A stretch of DNA of 64,000 nt from Candidatus Harrisonbacteria bacterium CG10_big_fil_rev_8_21_14_0_10_40_38 (GCA_002773535.1 PFAZ01000009.1:34739-98738); one strand, 5' to 3'. Counted from the first letter of the stretch, positions 46,562-56,161 are shown. A program made the numbers and translations. The notes: a model not told the origin generated them from the letters alone.

Positions 46562-46633
46562 GGTGGGTGAAGGGAATCGAACCCTCATCACCGCTGCCAC
46601 AGAGCGGCGCTTTACCACTAAGCTACACCCACC
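46562..46633 (-). tRNA. tRNA-His (anticodon GUG) with an encoded G-1
   Basis: Minus strand: G GTGGGTG TA GCTT AGTGGTA AAGC G CCGCT CTGTGGC AGCGG TGATG? GAGGG TTCGATT CCCTT CACCCAC C. The extra 5' G paired with discriminator C is the hallmark of tRNA-His. Confidence 0.85.
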
Positions 46634-46954
46634 ATGAGCTTTATTAATGTACACTATTACTATTTTTTTTTCAAAAAAAACGAGGCCTGCTTTGCGCAAG
46701 GCCCCTATGGAACAGGGCTTTCGGCCCTGGGGTGATATAGAGTTGGTTGTGAAGTAGCTGATCTAATGATAACGCATTTGAAGAGCCGTACAAGGACGGG
46801 GTGTGGATAAGTTTAGATGGTGATAGGAGTTGTATACCAAAGCAGTCTCATAATCCGTTTAAGAGCTTATTAAATAATATTGATTGAGGTTATGGTAATG
46901 ATTTTGGGTTTACCCTGAGTGAGCCTTGTTTATAAAACAAGGCGAATCAAAGGG

Positions 46955-47231
46955 TGCCTGGGCGGTGAATCGAACACCGGACGCCAGCCTCTTCCGAGAG
47001 TTGGACTATATCATCATCCCGTAATTACGGGAGCTGGGCGCTTGTGCGAGTTTATTGTTGGGACTCACCCGCTAGTCTCTACACCTTCCGGAAAACCTAT
47101 GCCCTTTCCGGCTTGGCTCGGGATTGTACTTTAAAAAGTCTTTCCCCGAATTCACCCAGTTTTTAATCATGTATTACTACAAGATGCCCCAAAGAGTTTA
47201 GGGCTGCGCTCTACCACTGAGCTACCCAGGC
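46955..47231 (-). tRNA. intron-containing tRNA: exons assemble into tRNA-Phe (GAA); a 205-nt group I intron is inserted between positions 33 and 34
   Basis: Exon 1 is 47200-47231: GCCTGGG TA GCTC AGTGGTA GAGC G CAGCC CT. Exon 2 is 46955-46994: GAAGA GGCTG GCGTC CGGTG TTCGATT CACCG CCCAGGC A. Standard numbering places the junction at U33|G34, giving the loop CUGAAGA. Confidence 0.7.
46995..47199 (-). ncRNA. group I self-splicing intron (small, about 205 nt) within the tRNA anticodon loop
   Basis: In tRNA orientation: P1 is exon GCCCU paired with IGS GGGGC, with a U.G pair at the splice site. P10 is exon-2 GAAGAG paired with CTCTT. P7 strands are ...GGTGTAGAGACTAGCGGG... and ...GATATAGTCC.... 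P8 hairpin CTCCCGTAATTACGGGA. The intron ends ...CTCG with omega-G. Segments AATTCGGGGAAAG and CCCGAGCCAAGC resemble small bacterial tRNA introns; this is from memory. Confidence 0.7.
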
Positions 47232-47259
47232 ATTCTGACATCAGTCAGTGGTTTGTATT

Positions 47260-47955
47260 CTATAGGAAATTTTTAATTCCTTCAATATGTCCCATGATTT
47301 TGTGATAGAGCTTTGTATTATTAACTCTAACCTCTAATGTTCCGTACGGAAGACGATTAAATGGTCTTTTGTTTAAACTTGATTTACTTATTCCATAGTA
47401 TGATTTTTTAAAGTTTTCTCGGGGAAAATTTGTAATATTTTGCCAGAATTTTATTAGTTCTTCTTCATTTTGGTGTTCAAATATTCTAATGCTTAATTTA
47501 ATGTCTTTTTTAGGGATATTATAGATTTCTATTAAAAACTTTAGAAAAACTTTAATTAGTATTGGATCTGAATTTGTTAGCGAAACTGGATGACTCGTAA
47601 GAGGTCTACCATTTCTTGTTTTTTGTCTTTTATATCCTTCCGCCCAATATAATGCAGTTCCTGCAATCAGAAGGTCTTTTTTTGAAAAATTTGTTATTTC
47701 ACTAGCTCCTTCTTTTTTGAGTTCTAAAGCCCTTTTTTGAGCTTGTATGGTTTGATATTTATTTCTTTTAATAAGTGCTTTTAGTGATTTTTTTTGTGTT
47801 CTTTTGTTGATTTTTTCTAATGTATTTTTTGAGAGTATTATTTTAGAAAGCCAGTCAGAAAGCGTTGACTTTGGGACACCAATACTTTCATTAATTTCTC
47901 TATAGCTTTTTCCTAAAAGCCTTAGTTTAATTGCTGATTCTTTATCTTTTCTCAT
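47260..47955 (-). CDS. HTH-domain protein, possible homing-endonuclease-like (LAGLIDADG-like fold?) adjacent to the intron-containing tRNA
   Basis: 231 aa. N-terminal HTH (SYREINESIGVPKSTLSDWL). A central LLIAGTALYWAEGYK segment loosely resembles a degenerate LAGLIDADG motif. Very Lys-rich. Function uncertain. Confidence 0.35.
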   Translation of the reverse strand: MRKDKESAIKLRLLGKSYREINESIGVPKSTLSDWLSKIILSKNTLEKINKRTQKKSLKALIKRNKYQTIQAQKRALELKKEGASEITNFSKKDLLIAGTALYWAEGYKRQKTRNGRPLTSHPVSLTNSDPILIKVFLKFLIEIYNIPKKDIKLSIRIFEHQNEEELIKFWQNITNFPRENFKKSYYGISKSSLNKRPFNRLPYGTLEVRVNNTKLYHKIMGHIEGIKNFL

Positions 47956-48137
47956 TTTGGTTATCGCGCCAACTACTTTAAGTGTAGTATATGCAGTTCT
48001 ATTTTAAAATTTAAAGGGCTTTTTGAAAATAAAAAAAATTATCGTCAACGTGTTAGCAACTTATAATTTTTGCAATTTTTCCATGGGGTATAATGAGTTT
48101 ACTAAAGGCCTTTTTTATTCACCAAATTAACAAAAAT

Positions 48138-50885
48138 ATGCCCAAAACAAAGATTCGGGTAGGCCAAGCCCCACAAATTGGCACGAGTTCTCAATCTCTT
48201 AATTTCGATAGAGTTTTTACGAAACAAGGGGTTCATCCTTTTGATGCCGTGACTTGGGTTAAACGGGATGCGGTGATAGAAAGTGGTGATAAAAAGGTTT
48301 TTGAGCAATACGGAGTTGAGTTTCCCGACTTCTGGTCACAGAATGCGGTGAATATAACAACTTCTAAATATTTTAGGGGGAAATTAGGATCGCCGGAGAG
48401 AGAAACCAGCCTGAAACAAATGATAACAAGAGTGGCCCACACTATTCGGGTTTGGGGCGAAGAGAGGTTTGGCTACTTTGACAGCGCGAAACAGGCTGAG
48501 CTTTTTGAGTTGGAGCTTTCTCATATGATCTTGCACCAACAAGGATCTTTTAATAGTCCTGTTTGGTTTAATGTTGGGGTAGCCGAAACTCCTCAATGCT
48601 CTGCGTGTTTTATTTTATCCGTTGAAGATAATATGCCCTCGATACTTGAGTGGATTTCTAATGAGGGGATGATTTTTAAAGGTGGGTCTGGTGCAGGAAA
48701 TAATCTTTCGGCAATCAGGTCAAAACAAGAATCTCTTTCAAAAGGTGGGAAAGCATCTGGACCGGTTTCTTTTATGAGAGGGGCTGATTCTGTGGCTGGA
48801 ATGATTAAATCCGGTGGCACAACAAGGCGAGCGGCTAAGATGGTCATATTAAATATTGATCACCCTGACATTATGGAATTTATTCGCTGTAAGGCAGAGG
48901 AAGAGAAAAAGGTTCAAGCCCTTCGCGCAGCAGGATTTGATATGTCTAATCTTAATAATGAAGCTTGGACATCTATACAGTTTCAGAATGCAAATAACTC
49001 TGTCCGAATAACTGATGACTTTATGGAGGCTGCTGAACAAGATGAGAAATGGAATACTCGCCTCGTAACAACGGGCGAAGTTGCAGATACATATAATGCG
49101 CGAGAGTTGCTTTTAGAAATTGCAGAGGCGGCCTGGGAATGCGGAGACCCTGGGGTGCAGTTTGATACGACGATAAATAACTGGCACACATGTCCTAACT
49201 CGGGGAGAATAAACGGTTCGAACCCTTGTTCGGAATACATGCATATCGATAACTCGGCGTGTAATCTTGCTTCGATTAATTTACTTAAATTTCTTAGAGA
49301 TGACGGCTTGTTTAGTGTTCGGGAATTTATGCATGCTGTTCGTATTTTTATTTTAGCGCAGGATATCATAGTTGATGCTTCGAGCTACCCAACTGAGCTC
49401 ATTGCCAAGAACGCTCGTGATTTTAGGCAACTTGGACTTGGCTTTGCAAACTTAGGAGCTTTGCTTATGACAAAAGGCTTGCCGTATGCATCTGAAGAGG
49501 GCCAGGCGGTAGCAGGAGCTATATCATCTGTATTGTGTGGCGAGGCATATAGGTTTTCTGCGGAGATAGCAGGCAGGAAAGGCGCTTTTGCTGGATTTGA
49601 AAAAAATAAAAAACCAATGCTTCGTGTTATTGGAAAACATAAAAAAGCATCAAAAGGTATTAACTACAAATTACTGAATGATAAAGATCTTGCCGATGCG
49701 GCGACATCTGTATGGGAAGAGGCATATAAATTAGGAGAAGAGAATGGATTTCGTAATTCACAAGTTACTGTGATAGCCCCAACTGGAACTATCGCCCTTA
49801 TGATGGACTGCGACACAACGGGTATTGAACCGGATTTTTCTTTAATAAAATATAAACAACTTGTTGGTGGGGGTTGGATGACCATCGTGAACAATGGTGT
49901 TCCGATAGCTCTTGAACGACTTGGATACACCCAAGAAGCTATTGGCGAGATAATTCATTGGATAAAAGAAAATGAGACTATTGAGGGCGCTCCGCACATC
50001 AAAGAAGAGCACTTATCTATATTTGACTGCGCTGTAAGACCGGCAAAAGGAACGAGGTCAATCTCATGGAAGGGACACGTAAAACTCGTGGCAGCTGTTC
50101 AGCCATTTATATCCGGAGCTATTTCAAAAACGTTTAATATGGACAAAGAGACAACGAAAGAAGAAATAGCTGACGCGTACATAATGGCTTGGAAGCTGGG
50201 TATAAAGGCATTTGCGGTTTACAGAGATGGATCAAAATCATCACAGCCTCTTCAGACAAGCAAGTCTGATTCTGGCGCCGAGAAAGCTGCTCCACAGTCA
50301 GGAGCCACCAGAAGAAGACTTCCTTCAACAAGGATGTCGGAGACACATAAATTTTCTATTGCCGGTCATGAAGGATATCTTACATATAGTTTATTTGAAG
50401 AAGATGGCGAGCTTGCAGAAATATTTCTTAGAGTCGCAAAACAGGGGAGCACGCTTGCTGGTTTACTAGACTCTTTTGCAATTTCCGTGTCCATGGCTTT
50501 GCAATATGGTGTGCCAGTAAAAGATTTGTGCCATAAATTTATCCATAGCAGATTTGAGCCTGCGGGATATACAAAGAACCCGGACATACAGGTGGCAACG
50601 AGTATCATCGACTATATATTCCGCTATATTGCGCTTAGATTCCTTTCTGATGAGGATTTGGGAGAGTTTGGGATGGAGAGAGAGCATGCGCATATAAGTG
50701 AGTCTGTTGAAGCTCCGATCGCATCGACAGTGGCGGCTAAGGCTACGGCGAGTGTGGAGGCGCCAAAGAAATCGGCATACGTAGCAGCAGGAACTGTTTG
50801 TAAGCATTGCGGAGGAATGATGGTAAGGACTGGATCGTGTATGACGTGTCTTCAGTGCGGCACGTCGAGTGGAGGGTGTTCGTAA
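48138..50885 (+). CDS. nrdJ: ribonucleoside-diphosphate/triphosphate reductase, class II (adenosylcobalamin-dependent, NrdJ-like) with a C-terminal Cys-rich zinc ribbon
   Basis: About 915 aa. N-terminus LNFDRVFTKQGVHPFDAVTWVKRDAVI, catalytic region with NPCSEY..., C-terminal CKHCGGMMVRTGSCMTCLQCG. TATAAT at 48089-48094 favours the ATG 48138 start over the ORF-track start 48093. Confidence 0.8.
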   Translation: MPKTKIRVGQAPQIGTSSQSLNFDRVFTKQGVHPFDAVTWVKRDAVIESGDKKVFEQYGVEFPDFWSQNAVNITTSKYFRGKLGSPERETSLKQMITRVAHTIRVWGEERFGYFDSAKQAELFELELSHMILHQQGSFNSPVWFNVGVAETPQCSACFILSVEDNMPSILEWISNEGMIFKGGSGAGNNLSAIRSKQESLSKGGKASGPVSFMRGADSVAGMIKSGGTTRRAAKMVILNIDHPDIMEFIRCKAEEEKKVQALRAAGFDMSNLNNEAWTSIQFQNANNSVRITDDFMEAAEQDEKWNTRLVTTGEVADTYNARELLLEIAEAAWECGDPGVQFDTTINNWHTCPNSGRINGSNPCSEYMHIDNSACNLASINLLKFLRDDGLFSVREFMHAVRIFILAQDIIVDASSYPTELIAKNARDFRQLGLGFANLGALLMTKGLPYASEEGQAVAGAISSVLCGEAYRFSAEIAGRKGAFAGFEKNKKPMLRVIGKHKKASKGINYKLLNDKDLADAATSVWEEAYKLGEENGFRNSQVTVIAPTGTIALMMDCDTTGIEPDFSLIKYKQLVGGGWMTIVNNGVPIALERLGYTQEAIGEIIHWIKENETIEGAPHIKEEHLSIFDCAVRPAKGTRSISWKGHVKLVAAVQPFISGAISKTFNMDKETTKEEIADAYIMAWKLGIKAFAVYRDGSKSSQPLQTSKSDSGAEKAAPQSGATRRRLPSTRMSETHKFSIAGHEGYLTYSLFEEDGELAEIFLRVAKQGSTLAGLLDSFAISVSMALQYGVPVKDLCHKFIHSRFEPAGYTKNPDIQVATSIIDYIFRYIALRFLSDEDLGEFGMEREHAHISESVEAPIASTVAAKATASVEAPKKSAYVAAGTVCKHCGGMMVRTGSCMTCLQCGTSSGGCS

Positions 50886-50956
50886 ACGTAGAGAAAAATA
50901 TAAAGAGGATAGAGGATAGATCAAAAAAACGCATATGCGGTTTTTTTGATTACTTG

Positions 50957-51028
50957 TCTCCCCGGTAGGAATCGAACCTACATCTACTCCTTAGAAGGGA
51001 GTTGTTCTATCCATTGAACTACGGGGAG
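50957..51028 (-). tRNA. tRNA-Arg (anticodon UCU)
   Basis: Minus strand: CTCCCCG TA GTTC AATGGATA GAAC A ACTCC CTTCTAA GGAGT AGAT GTAGG TTCGATT CCTAC CGGGGAG A. Confidence 0.85.
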
Positions 51029-51139
51029 GGGGTGGAAAATTTTGTTTTTAATTTTGCCCTCCTTCGCCCCACAGAGCGGGGCTACGGCGGGGCATAAGAA
51101 CACCTAAACTCGTTTACACTCGTTAAGTTGTTCTAATGT

Positions 51140-51210
51140 CGGGGTGCCGGGAATCGAACCCGGTCTACATGCTCCCAAAGCATGCGTACTACCAGTATAC
51201 GACACCCCGT
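51140..51210 (-). tRNA. tRNA-Pro (anticodon UGG)
   Basis: Minus strand: CGGGGTG TC GTAT ACTGGTA GTAC G CATGC TTTGGGA GCATG TAGA CCGGG TTCGATT CCCGG CACCCCG A. Confidence 0.85.
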
Positions 51211-51265
51211 GTGCCGCTTTTAGAGCTTAACCTGAATTTTGTTTTCAGGTAAAGCTCTAAATACA

Positions 51266-51856
51266 TTAAGGCTGAAGCAAGGAATCTAATTTCGTTAGAG
51301 ATTCATTAAATCTGGCATTTAATTCGTTAATTGCCTGCGATTCCTTGTTCATATTATCGAGAAGTTCTTCAATCTTTCCGTTTGTGTACTTTTGAGGATC
51401 TTGGAACTTTTCGCCCAAGGCTTCGAAAAGTTGGCTAAAGTATTCATTATAGCTAACCAGTCTGCTTACAAGAGTAACTTCGGAGCTTACTGCTTCTGTA
51501 GCGGCGATCTTGGCGCTATCGGGTTTTATTCTATCGATTGACCTCGCCATTTTTTCGAGTTCACTGGAAAGCTCAATAGCTTTTCTTTGAGCATCCTGAT
51601 TTCTCGTTATTTCCTCCTCAAGAAGGTCGAAGGCGCTTGCTATGTCGCCCTCTTTTTCGTATTGTCCTATCTGGCGCAAATTATTGAGTGATTGGTCGTA
51701 AAGAGCGGCTATTTCACTAGATAACTCTGCTCCTTTAGTCCTTCCTTCAATAAATTCGCTTGGCAAGCCTTCTTGTGATACTATAGTTTTCGTAAAAAAA
51801 TAAACCACAAGCCCTATTGCCACTATAAGCGCCACAATCTTTACCGTCTGCTTCAT
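51266..51856 (-). CDS. hypothetical membrane-anchored coiled-coil protein
   Basis: 196 aa. N-terminal TM helix (IVALIVAIGLVVYFF), then a helical/charged domain. Confidence 0.4.
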   Translation of the reverse strand: MKQTVKIVALIVAIGLVVYFFTKTIVSQEGLPSEFIEGRTKGAELSSEIAALYDQSLNNLRQIGQYEKEGDIASAFDLLEEEITRNQDAQRKAIELSSELEKMARSIDRIKPDSAKIAATEAVSSEVTLVSRLVSYNEYFSQLFEALGEKFQDPQKYTNGKIEELLDNMNKESQAINELNARFNESLTKLDSLLQP

Positions 51857-51904
51857 TGCAAGCTATTATATGAAAAGGCTCTATAAAAGGCAATAAGCCA
51901 AAAT

Positions 51905-51975
51905 GCGGGTATCGTATAACGGCATTACCACAGGTTTCCAACCTGTTGACAGGGGTTCGACTCCCCTTACCCGCT
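51905..51975 (+). tRNA. tRNA-Gly (anticodon UCC)
   Basis: GCGGGTA paired with TACCCGC. Anticodon stem ACAGG/CCTGT with loop TTTCCAA. T-arm AGGGGTTCGACTCCCCT. Confidence 0.85.
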
Positions 51976-51985
51976 CAGATTAGTT

Positions 51986-53443
51986 TTAATCCAAAATCTT
52001 AAGTATTGGATCGTAATGTTTGAGGGTCTTCTTACTTATTGAGACACCGTAGACGAGCGGAGAAAGGAAGAAAAATAAGCCCGCGATAAGACAGACGTAG
52101 GTCATGTAGCTTATGGCTATTTTTTTTGATTTAAACCCGAGTTTTCCTGCGAACGAATGGTTGGTTTCTTTAATATTTTTATCTTCAAAAAAGGAATCGT
52201 ATAAAAGCGCTGTAATCAGAGAAGCAAAAAGAAGGGGTGGGAGATAATGGTAGAGAAAGGCAACTCTGCTTATGCCTATAAATGGAAGATAGTTCCCTAT
52301 AAACCCGACTGTAAAGAAAAGAAGGGGGAGTGTTACCCTTTTTCTGGCCCATTTTATTTTAAGAGCAGCAAGAAGCATGAGGATGGCGAGCGCAACCGAT
52401 GCGGAAGCAGTCCACCAAATAATAGGGTTTGCAATAAGATAAACATTTGCGACATTGTCTCCCTCTGTTTTTGTCCAATACCACGCAGTTCTTCTCCCGA
52501 ATGGCCACTCTGACCATTTACTTGAGTATGGGTGTGTTGCTGTTATGCCTGCGCTATAGTTATACATCGCTTTTGTAAGCTCTGAAAATTTTCCCCAAAA
52601 TCCGAGGGGTTCTATGTCTTCGCCGACTTTATTGCCTTCAAGAGTTTTTTGAAATTCCTGACTCATGTAAGCGTCTCCGGGACCGGATTTTTTAAGTAAG
52701 GAAAAATGAATCGCAATTGAGCCGGAATAAACGATAAAAGGAATGATAAGAAGTATGACAAATTTGAGGATAGTTTTTTTGAAACTGAAATTTTTTATTG
52801 AATCGATAAGCGCCATAAATAGTATAAGGGCGAGAAATGCTATGGCGGTGTATTTTACACTAGCTGCGGCGCCGGCAAGGGCGGCGGAGGAGGCGAGCCA
52901 AATGTATTTATGCTTTTCATTGTTTCTTGAGCGAAAATAGCAAAATATAGCGAATACTCCAAAACAAATAAAGAAACTGTCAGTAAGAATAAACCTTGAT
53001 TGGCCAAGGATGGCGGTATCAAAAAGAAGGAGAGAGCTACCAAGAAATGCTGCGCGCTTTGACGCTTTTATTTCTCGAAGGAGGAGATACGCGCCTATTG
53101 GAATGAGAGCTCCCATAAATGCCGGGAGAAAGCGCAGAGCAAAAAAAGTTTTGGGGTCAAACCCGCTGCCGATTTCTTTAAAAACACCTTCTATTTCATC
53201 AAGTCTGTCTATGCCCATCATCGATGCGAAGCCGGCAATCATCATCTTGGCGAGTGGGGGATGGATATCAAAATAGTATTCGTGAATTACATACGCTGCG
53301 GCAAATTTCCCAAAATAAATCTCATCAAACACCACCTCCGGTGGGGTAGAGAGAAAAATAAATCTAGTAGCAAATGATAAAACTACTAAAGAAATAAAGG
53401 CTATATGTTTTTTATAACTTTTCATTGAGCTGTAGTATAGCAC
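51986..53443 (-). CDS. dolichyl-phosphate-mannose-protein mannosyltransferase-like glycosyltransferase (GT39/PMT family)
   Basis: 485 aa polytopic protein. VVFDEIYFGKFAAAYVIHEYYFDIHPPLAKM is the DE-x-YF/HPPL signature of PMT/ArnT-like GT-C enzymes. Confidence 0.75.
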   Translation of the reverse strand: MLYYSSMKSYKKHIAFISLVVLSFATRFIFLSTPPEVVFDEIYFGKFAAAYVIHEYYFDIHPPLAKMMIAGFASMMGIDRLDEIEGVFKEIGSGFDPKTFFALRFLPAFMGALIPIGAYLLLREIKASKRAAFLGSSLLLFDTAILGQSRFILTDSFFICFGVFAIFCYFRSRNNEKHKYIWLASSAALAGAAASVKYTAIAFLALILFMALIDSIKNFSFKKTILKFVILLIIPFIVYSGSIAIHFSLLKKSGPGDAYMSQEFQKTLEGNKVGEDIEPLGFWGKFSELTKAMYNYSAGITATHPYSSKWSEWPFGRRTAWYWTKTEGDNVANVYLIANPIIWWTASASVALAILMLLAALKIKWARKRVTLPLLFFTVGFIGNYLPFIGISRVAFLYHYLPPLLFASLITALLYDSFFEDKNIKETNHSFAGKLGFKSKKIAISYMTYVCLIAGLFFFLSPLVYGVSISKKTLKHYDPILKILD

Positions 53444-55515
53444 TTAATTCTTAGGATTTTACGGTCACTGTTTTCATAGACAATTTTACCAAGTTTATTT
53501 ATTGATTCTTCTGTAATAGTGCCAAATGCTTTTTCCAAACCAGAATCAATAAGAATAAAATCTACATTTTCGCTACATGCCACACTTAAATCTCCTTGTA
53601 TTATTTTTTTGGCGTTCTCTCTGGCGTTTCCATACTCAAGACCATGAGACCAAAGCCAACCATCGTAGCCCATAAAAACTTTTCTTCCGGAAAGAAAAAG
53701 CGGTATTGGGTCAATTGATGTATCTGTAAGAAAAAGATCGTTGGGATTTGTGTTTTTTTCTATCCATGATGCTACTTCCAGAGCATCTCTTGACCCGTCT
53801 ATATACCCTGATGACTTTGCATTTGCATCGCCGGTTAACTTACTTAAGACATCTACTGATCCTGCTATTAACCCGAAAAATATTATTAAGCCAACAATTA
53901 TTTTAAATAAAACATTTTTCTCCCACATTTTTTTTAAAAAGGGGACTACTAGAAAAATTATTGCCAATGTCCACCAGTAGAAAAACATTTTCCCATTATC
54001 AAAATCCCATGGTTGAAGCAAAAAAAGATTGGGGACTAAAAATAACATGGCAGATGCCGCTACCCATTTACTGTTTTGAATTCCAAAATTTATTTTTGTT
54101 AGCCATTTTGTAGAATATGCGACTAATAGCGTTGACCAAATAAGAAACATAACTCCGAAATTGTTTATCCAAAACCATAGCGCATTTGAATTCGTACCCG
54201 GCTCTGGAGAGCACTTGATCCACGAGGTTCTATGGACACAAGTCATCCACCCAAACCATGGCTTTAAGAAGCTGTCACCTAAGGCATTTGCTGGATTCGT
54301 AAAGAAAAATATAAGCATTGGAACTGCGATCGCTGTGGTTATTAAACCTAAATAAATCCATGCTTTCCATTGTTTTAGATGCCAAAAGAATAAAGTCAAA
54401 AGAACGATAAAAAGGGAAAGGAAGGTGTGACCGTGAACGAAAGGCATTGCGCCTGCTACAAACCCATATCGCCACCATTGTTTTTCCTTTCCGTATGTTA
54501 CAACTCCAAGCATTATTAATAGGAACATTCCAAACCCCCAAATAAAACTTCTTTGGTGAGCGAGAAAGGAAACCACGGGAACTATCCAAACAATATTGTC
54601 GTTTGTGTTATGAGATGAAGTTATTTTTCCACCGGTTCTGTTATCTAGATGAGTGTATTCGTGTGGCGGATTACTTATAAACTCGTTTATATTACTGAAT
54701 TGATTTTGGCTATACTCGTCTTTTATATCCCTCCACAGCGAAGTGAATCCTAAGCCACTACCTAAAAGAATGAGGAGTAGGGCTATAACTGCGAATCTTT
54801 GAGATTTTGATATCCCCTTAGCTAGTGAAAAACAAAGAATAAAAGCTGATACGCCACCTAGAATAATTGGGATTTGATATGCTAATACAATATTTGCTCC
54901 TAAAAAGTGAAGGATGCTGGATGAAAAATCTATAAGAAATGGATATACAAGCCTTGAATTTGCTAGGAGTGGATGCGCTAAATTAAACGGACTGGTAGCT
55001 GAAAATCTTTTTATAAAATTTACATGGAGCGCATTATCGCCCCAACCCGGCATCATGGATCGAAGCTCTCCATTGGGACCAACGTGAAACATTCTTAAGA
55101 GGTACCATGTATACAAACCGATAATTAATATAAGGGCTATAATTATTCCGATATTTTTAAAATATTTTTTTTGTATTTTTATTTTTTTTAATTTTCTAAA
55201 AAAATTGAAAATACTATTCCAGCGTAAAGCTATTATTATAAAAAAAAGAATTTCATAAATCGTGATTGCTAGTGACTGAGATTTAGTGATGAGACTGCCG
55301 ATTAAAAAAATATATGAACTGGCTATTTGCCCAATCAGAATCGTTCCTGCTGTTTTTTCTAAAATAGAAAATTTACCAAGAGGATCAAGCCAGTTTATAA
55401 TTAGCGCTCCAAATAAAAATGTTGAAAGCGTTAGTGCTATTGCGCTTATCATGATGTTTTTATTTATGATACTCAAACATATAAAAAGAGGCGAGCCCCG
55501 AAATTCGGGGCTCAT
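53422..55515 (-). CDS. large polytopic membrane protein (putative GT-C-type glycosyltransferase or related) with a C-terminal soluble domain
   Basis: 697 aa, with at least 12 predicted TM helices. Adjacent to and co-oriented with the GT39 gene. No confident family match from motifs. Confidence 0.35.
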   Translation of the reverse strand: MSPEFRGSPLFICLSIINKNIMISAIALTLSTFLFGALIINWLDPLGKFSILEKTAGTILIGQIASSYIFLIGSLITKSQSLAITIYEILFFIIIALRWNSIFNFFRKLKKIKIQKKYFKNIGIIIALILIIGLYTWYLLRMFHVGPNGELRSMMPGWGDNALHVNFIKRFSATSPFNLAHPLLANSRLVYPFLIDFSSSILHFLGANIVLAYQIPIILGGVSAFILCFSLAKGISKSQRFAVIALLLILLGSGLGFTSLWRDIKDEYSQNQFSNINEFISNPPHEYTHLDNRTGGKITSSHNTNDNIVWIVPVVSFLAHQRSFIWGFGMFLLIMLGVVTYGKEKQWWRYGFVAGAMPFVHGHTFLSLFIVLLTLFFWHLKQWKAWIYLGLITTAIAVPMLIFFFTNPANALGDSFLKPWFGWMTCVHRTSWIKCSPEPGTNSNALWFWINNFGVMFLIWSTLLVAYSTKWLTKINFGIQNSKWVAASAMLFLVPNLFLLQPWDFDNGKMFFYWWTLAIIFLVVPFLKKMWEKNVLFKIIVGLIIFFGLIAGSVDVLSKLTGDANAKSSGYIDGSRDALEVASWIEKNTNPNDLFLTDTSIDPIPLFLSGRKVFMGYDGWLWSHGLEYGNARENAKKIIQGDLSVACSENVDFILIDSGLEKAFGTITEESINKLGKIVYENSDRKILRIKCYTTAQ

Positions 55516-55522
55516 TTCTTTT

Positions 55523-56122
55523 TTATCTGGATTTTATTACTTCGTCTATAAGGCCGTAAGCTTTTGCCTCTTCTGCGGTCAGATAGAAATCTCTATCTGT
55601 GTCTTTTTCAACTTGTGCTATAGGTTTCTTTGTGTGTTTTGAGATTATCTGGTTGAGTCTGTTTTTTAGATGCATTATATGTTTTGCAGAAATTTCTATT
55701 TCTATAGCCTGTCCTTCTATACCACCTGCCATAACTTGGTGAAGTAATATTTCGGAATTTGGCAGAGCAAGCCTTTTACCTTTGGTTCCTGCGCCTAAGA
55801 GAACCGCGCCCATAGATGCCGCCATGCCTACGCAAATAGTGGAAACGTCGGGTTTTACGTATTGGATTGCATCGTATATCGCGAGTCCGGCAGAGACTGA
55901 ACCGCCTGGGCTGTTTAAATAAAGTTTGATGTCTTTTTTTGGATCTTCGTGTTCAAGAAATAAGAGTTGAGCTATTACAAGATTTGCCATCTGGTCTGTC
56001 ACTGGGCCGCCAAGAAAAATGATTCTTTCCTTGAGAAGTCTTGAATAGATATCATACGCCCTTTCTCCGAATTGGGATTTTTCGATGACTGTTGGTATGA
56101 GATATTGGTATGCGTCGTCCAT
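55523..56122 (-). CDS. clpP: ATP-dependent Clp protease proteolytic subunit
   Basis: 199 aa. ...[24 protein letters not shown]..., active-site GMAASMGA (Ser), His region ILLHQ. Confidence 0.9.
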   Translation of the reverse strand: MDDAYQYLIPTVIEKSQFGERAYDIYSRLLKERIIFLGGPVTDQMANLVIAQLLFLEHEDPKKDIKLYLNSPGGSVSAGLAIYDAIQYVKPDVSTICVGMAASMGAVLLGAGTKGKRLALPNSEILLHQVMAGGIEGQAIEIEISAKHIMHLKNRLNQIISKHTKKPIAQVEKDTDRDFYLTAEEAKAYGLIDEVIKSR

Positions 56123-56161
56123 AATATTGTTAAATGTTTAATGCGACATGCAAAATGGGAT

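Noticed and set aside
46919-47134. 71-aa plus-strand ORF
   Set aside because: It lies entirely within the group I intron/tRNA locus on the opposite strand. It is an artefact of the structured RNA sequence.
50466-50934. 152- and 63-aa minus-strand ORFs at the 3' end of nrdJ
   Set aside because: They are antisense to a well-supported, conserved RNR coding region.
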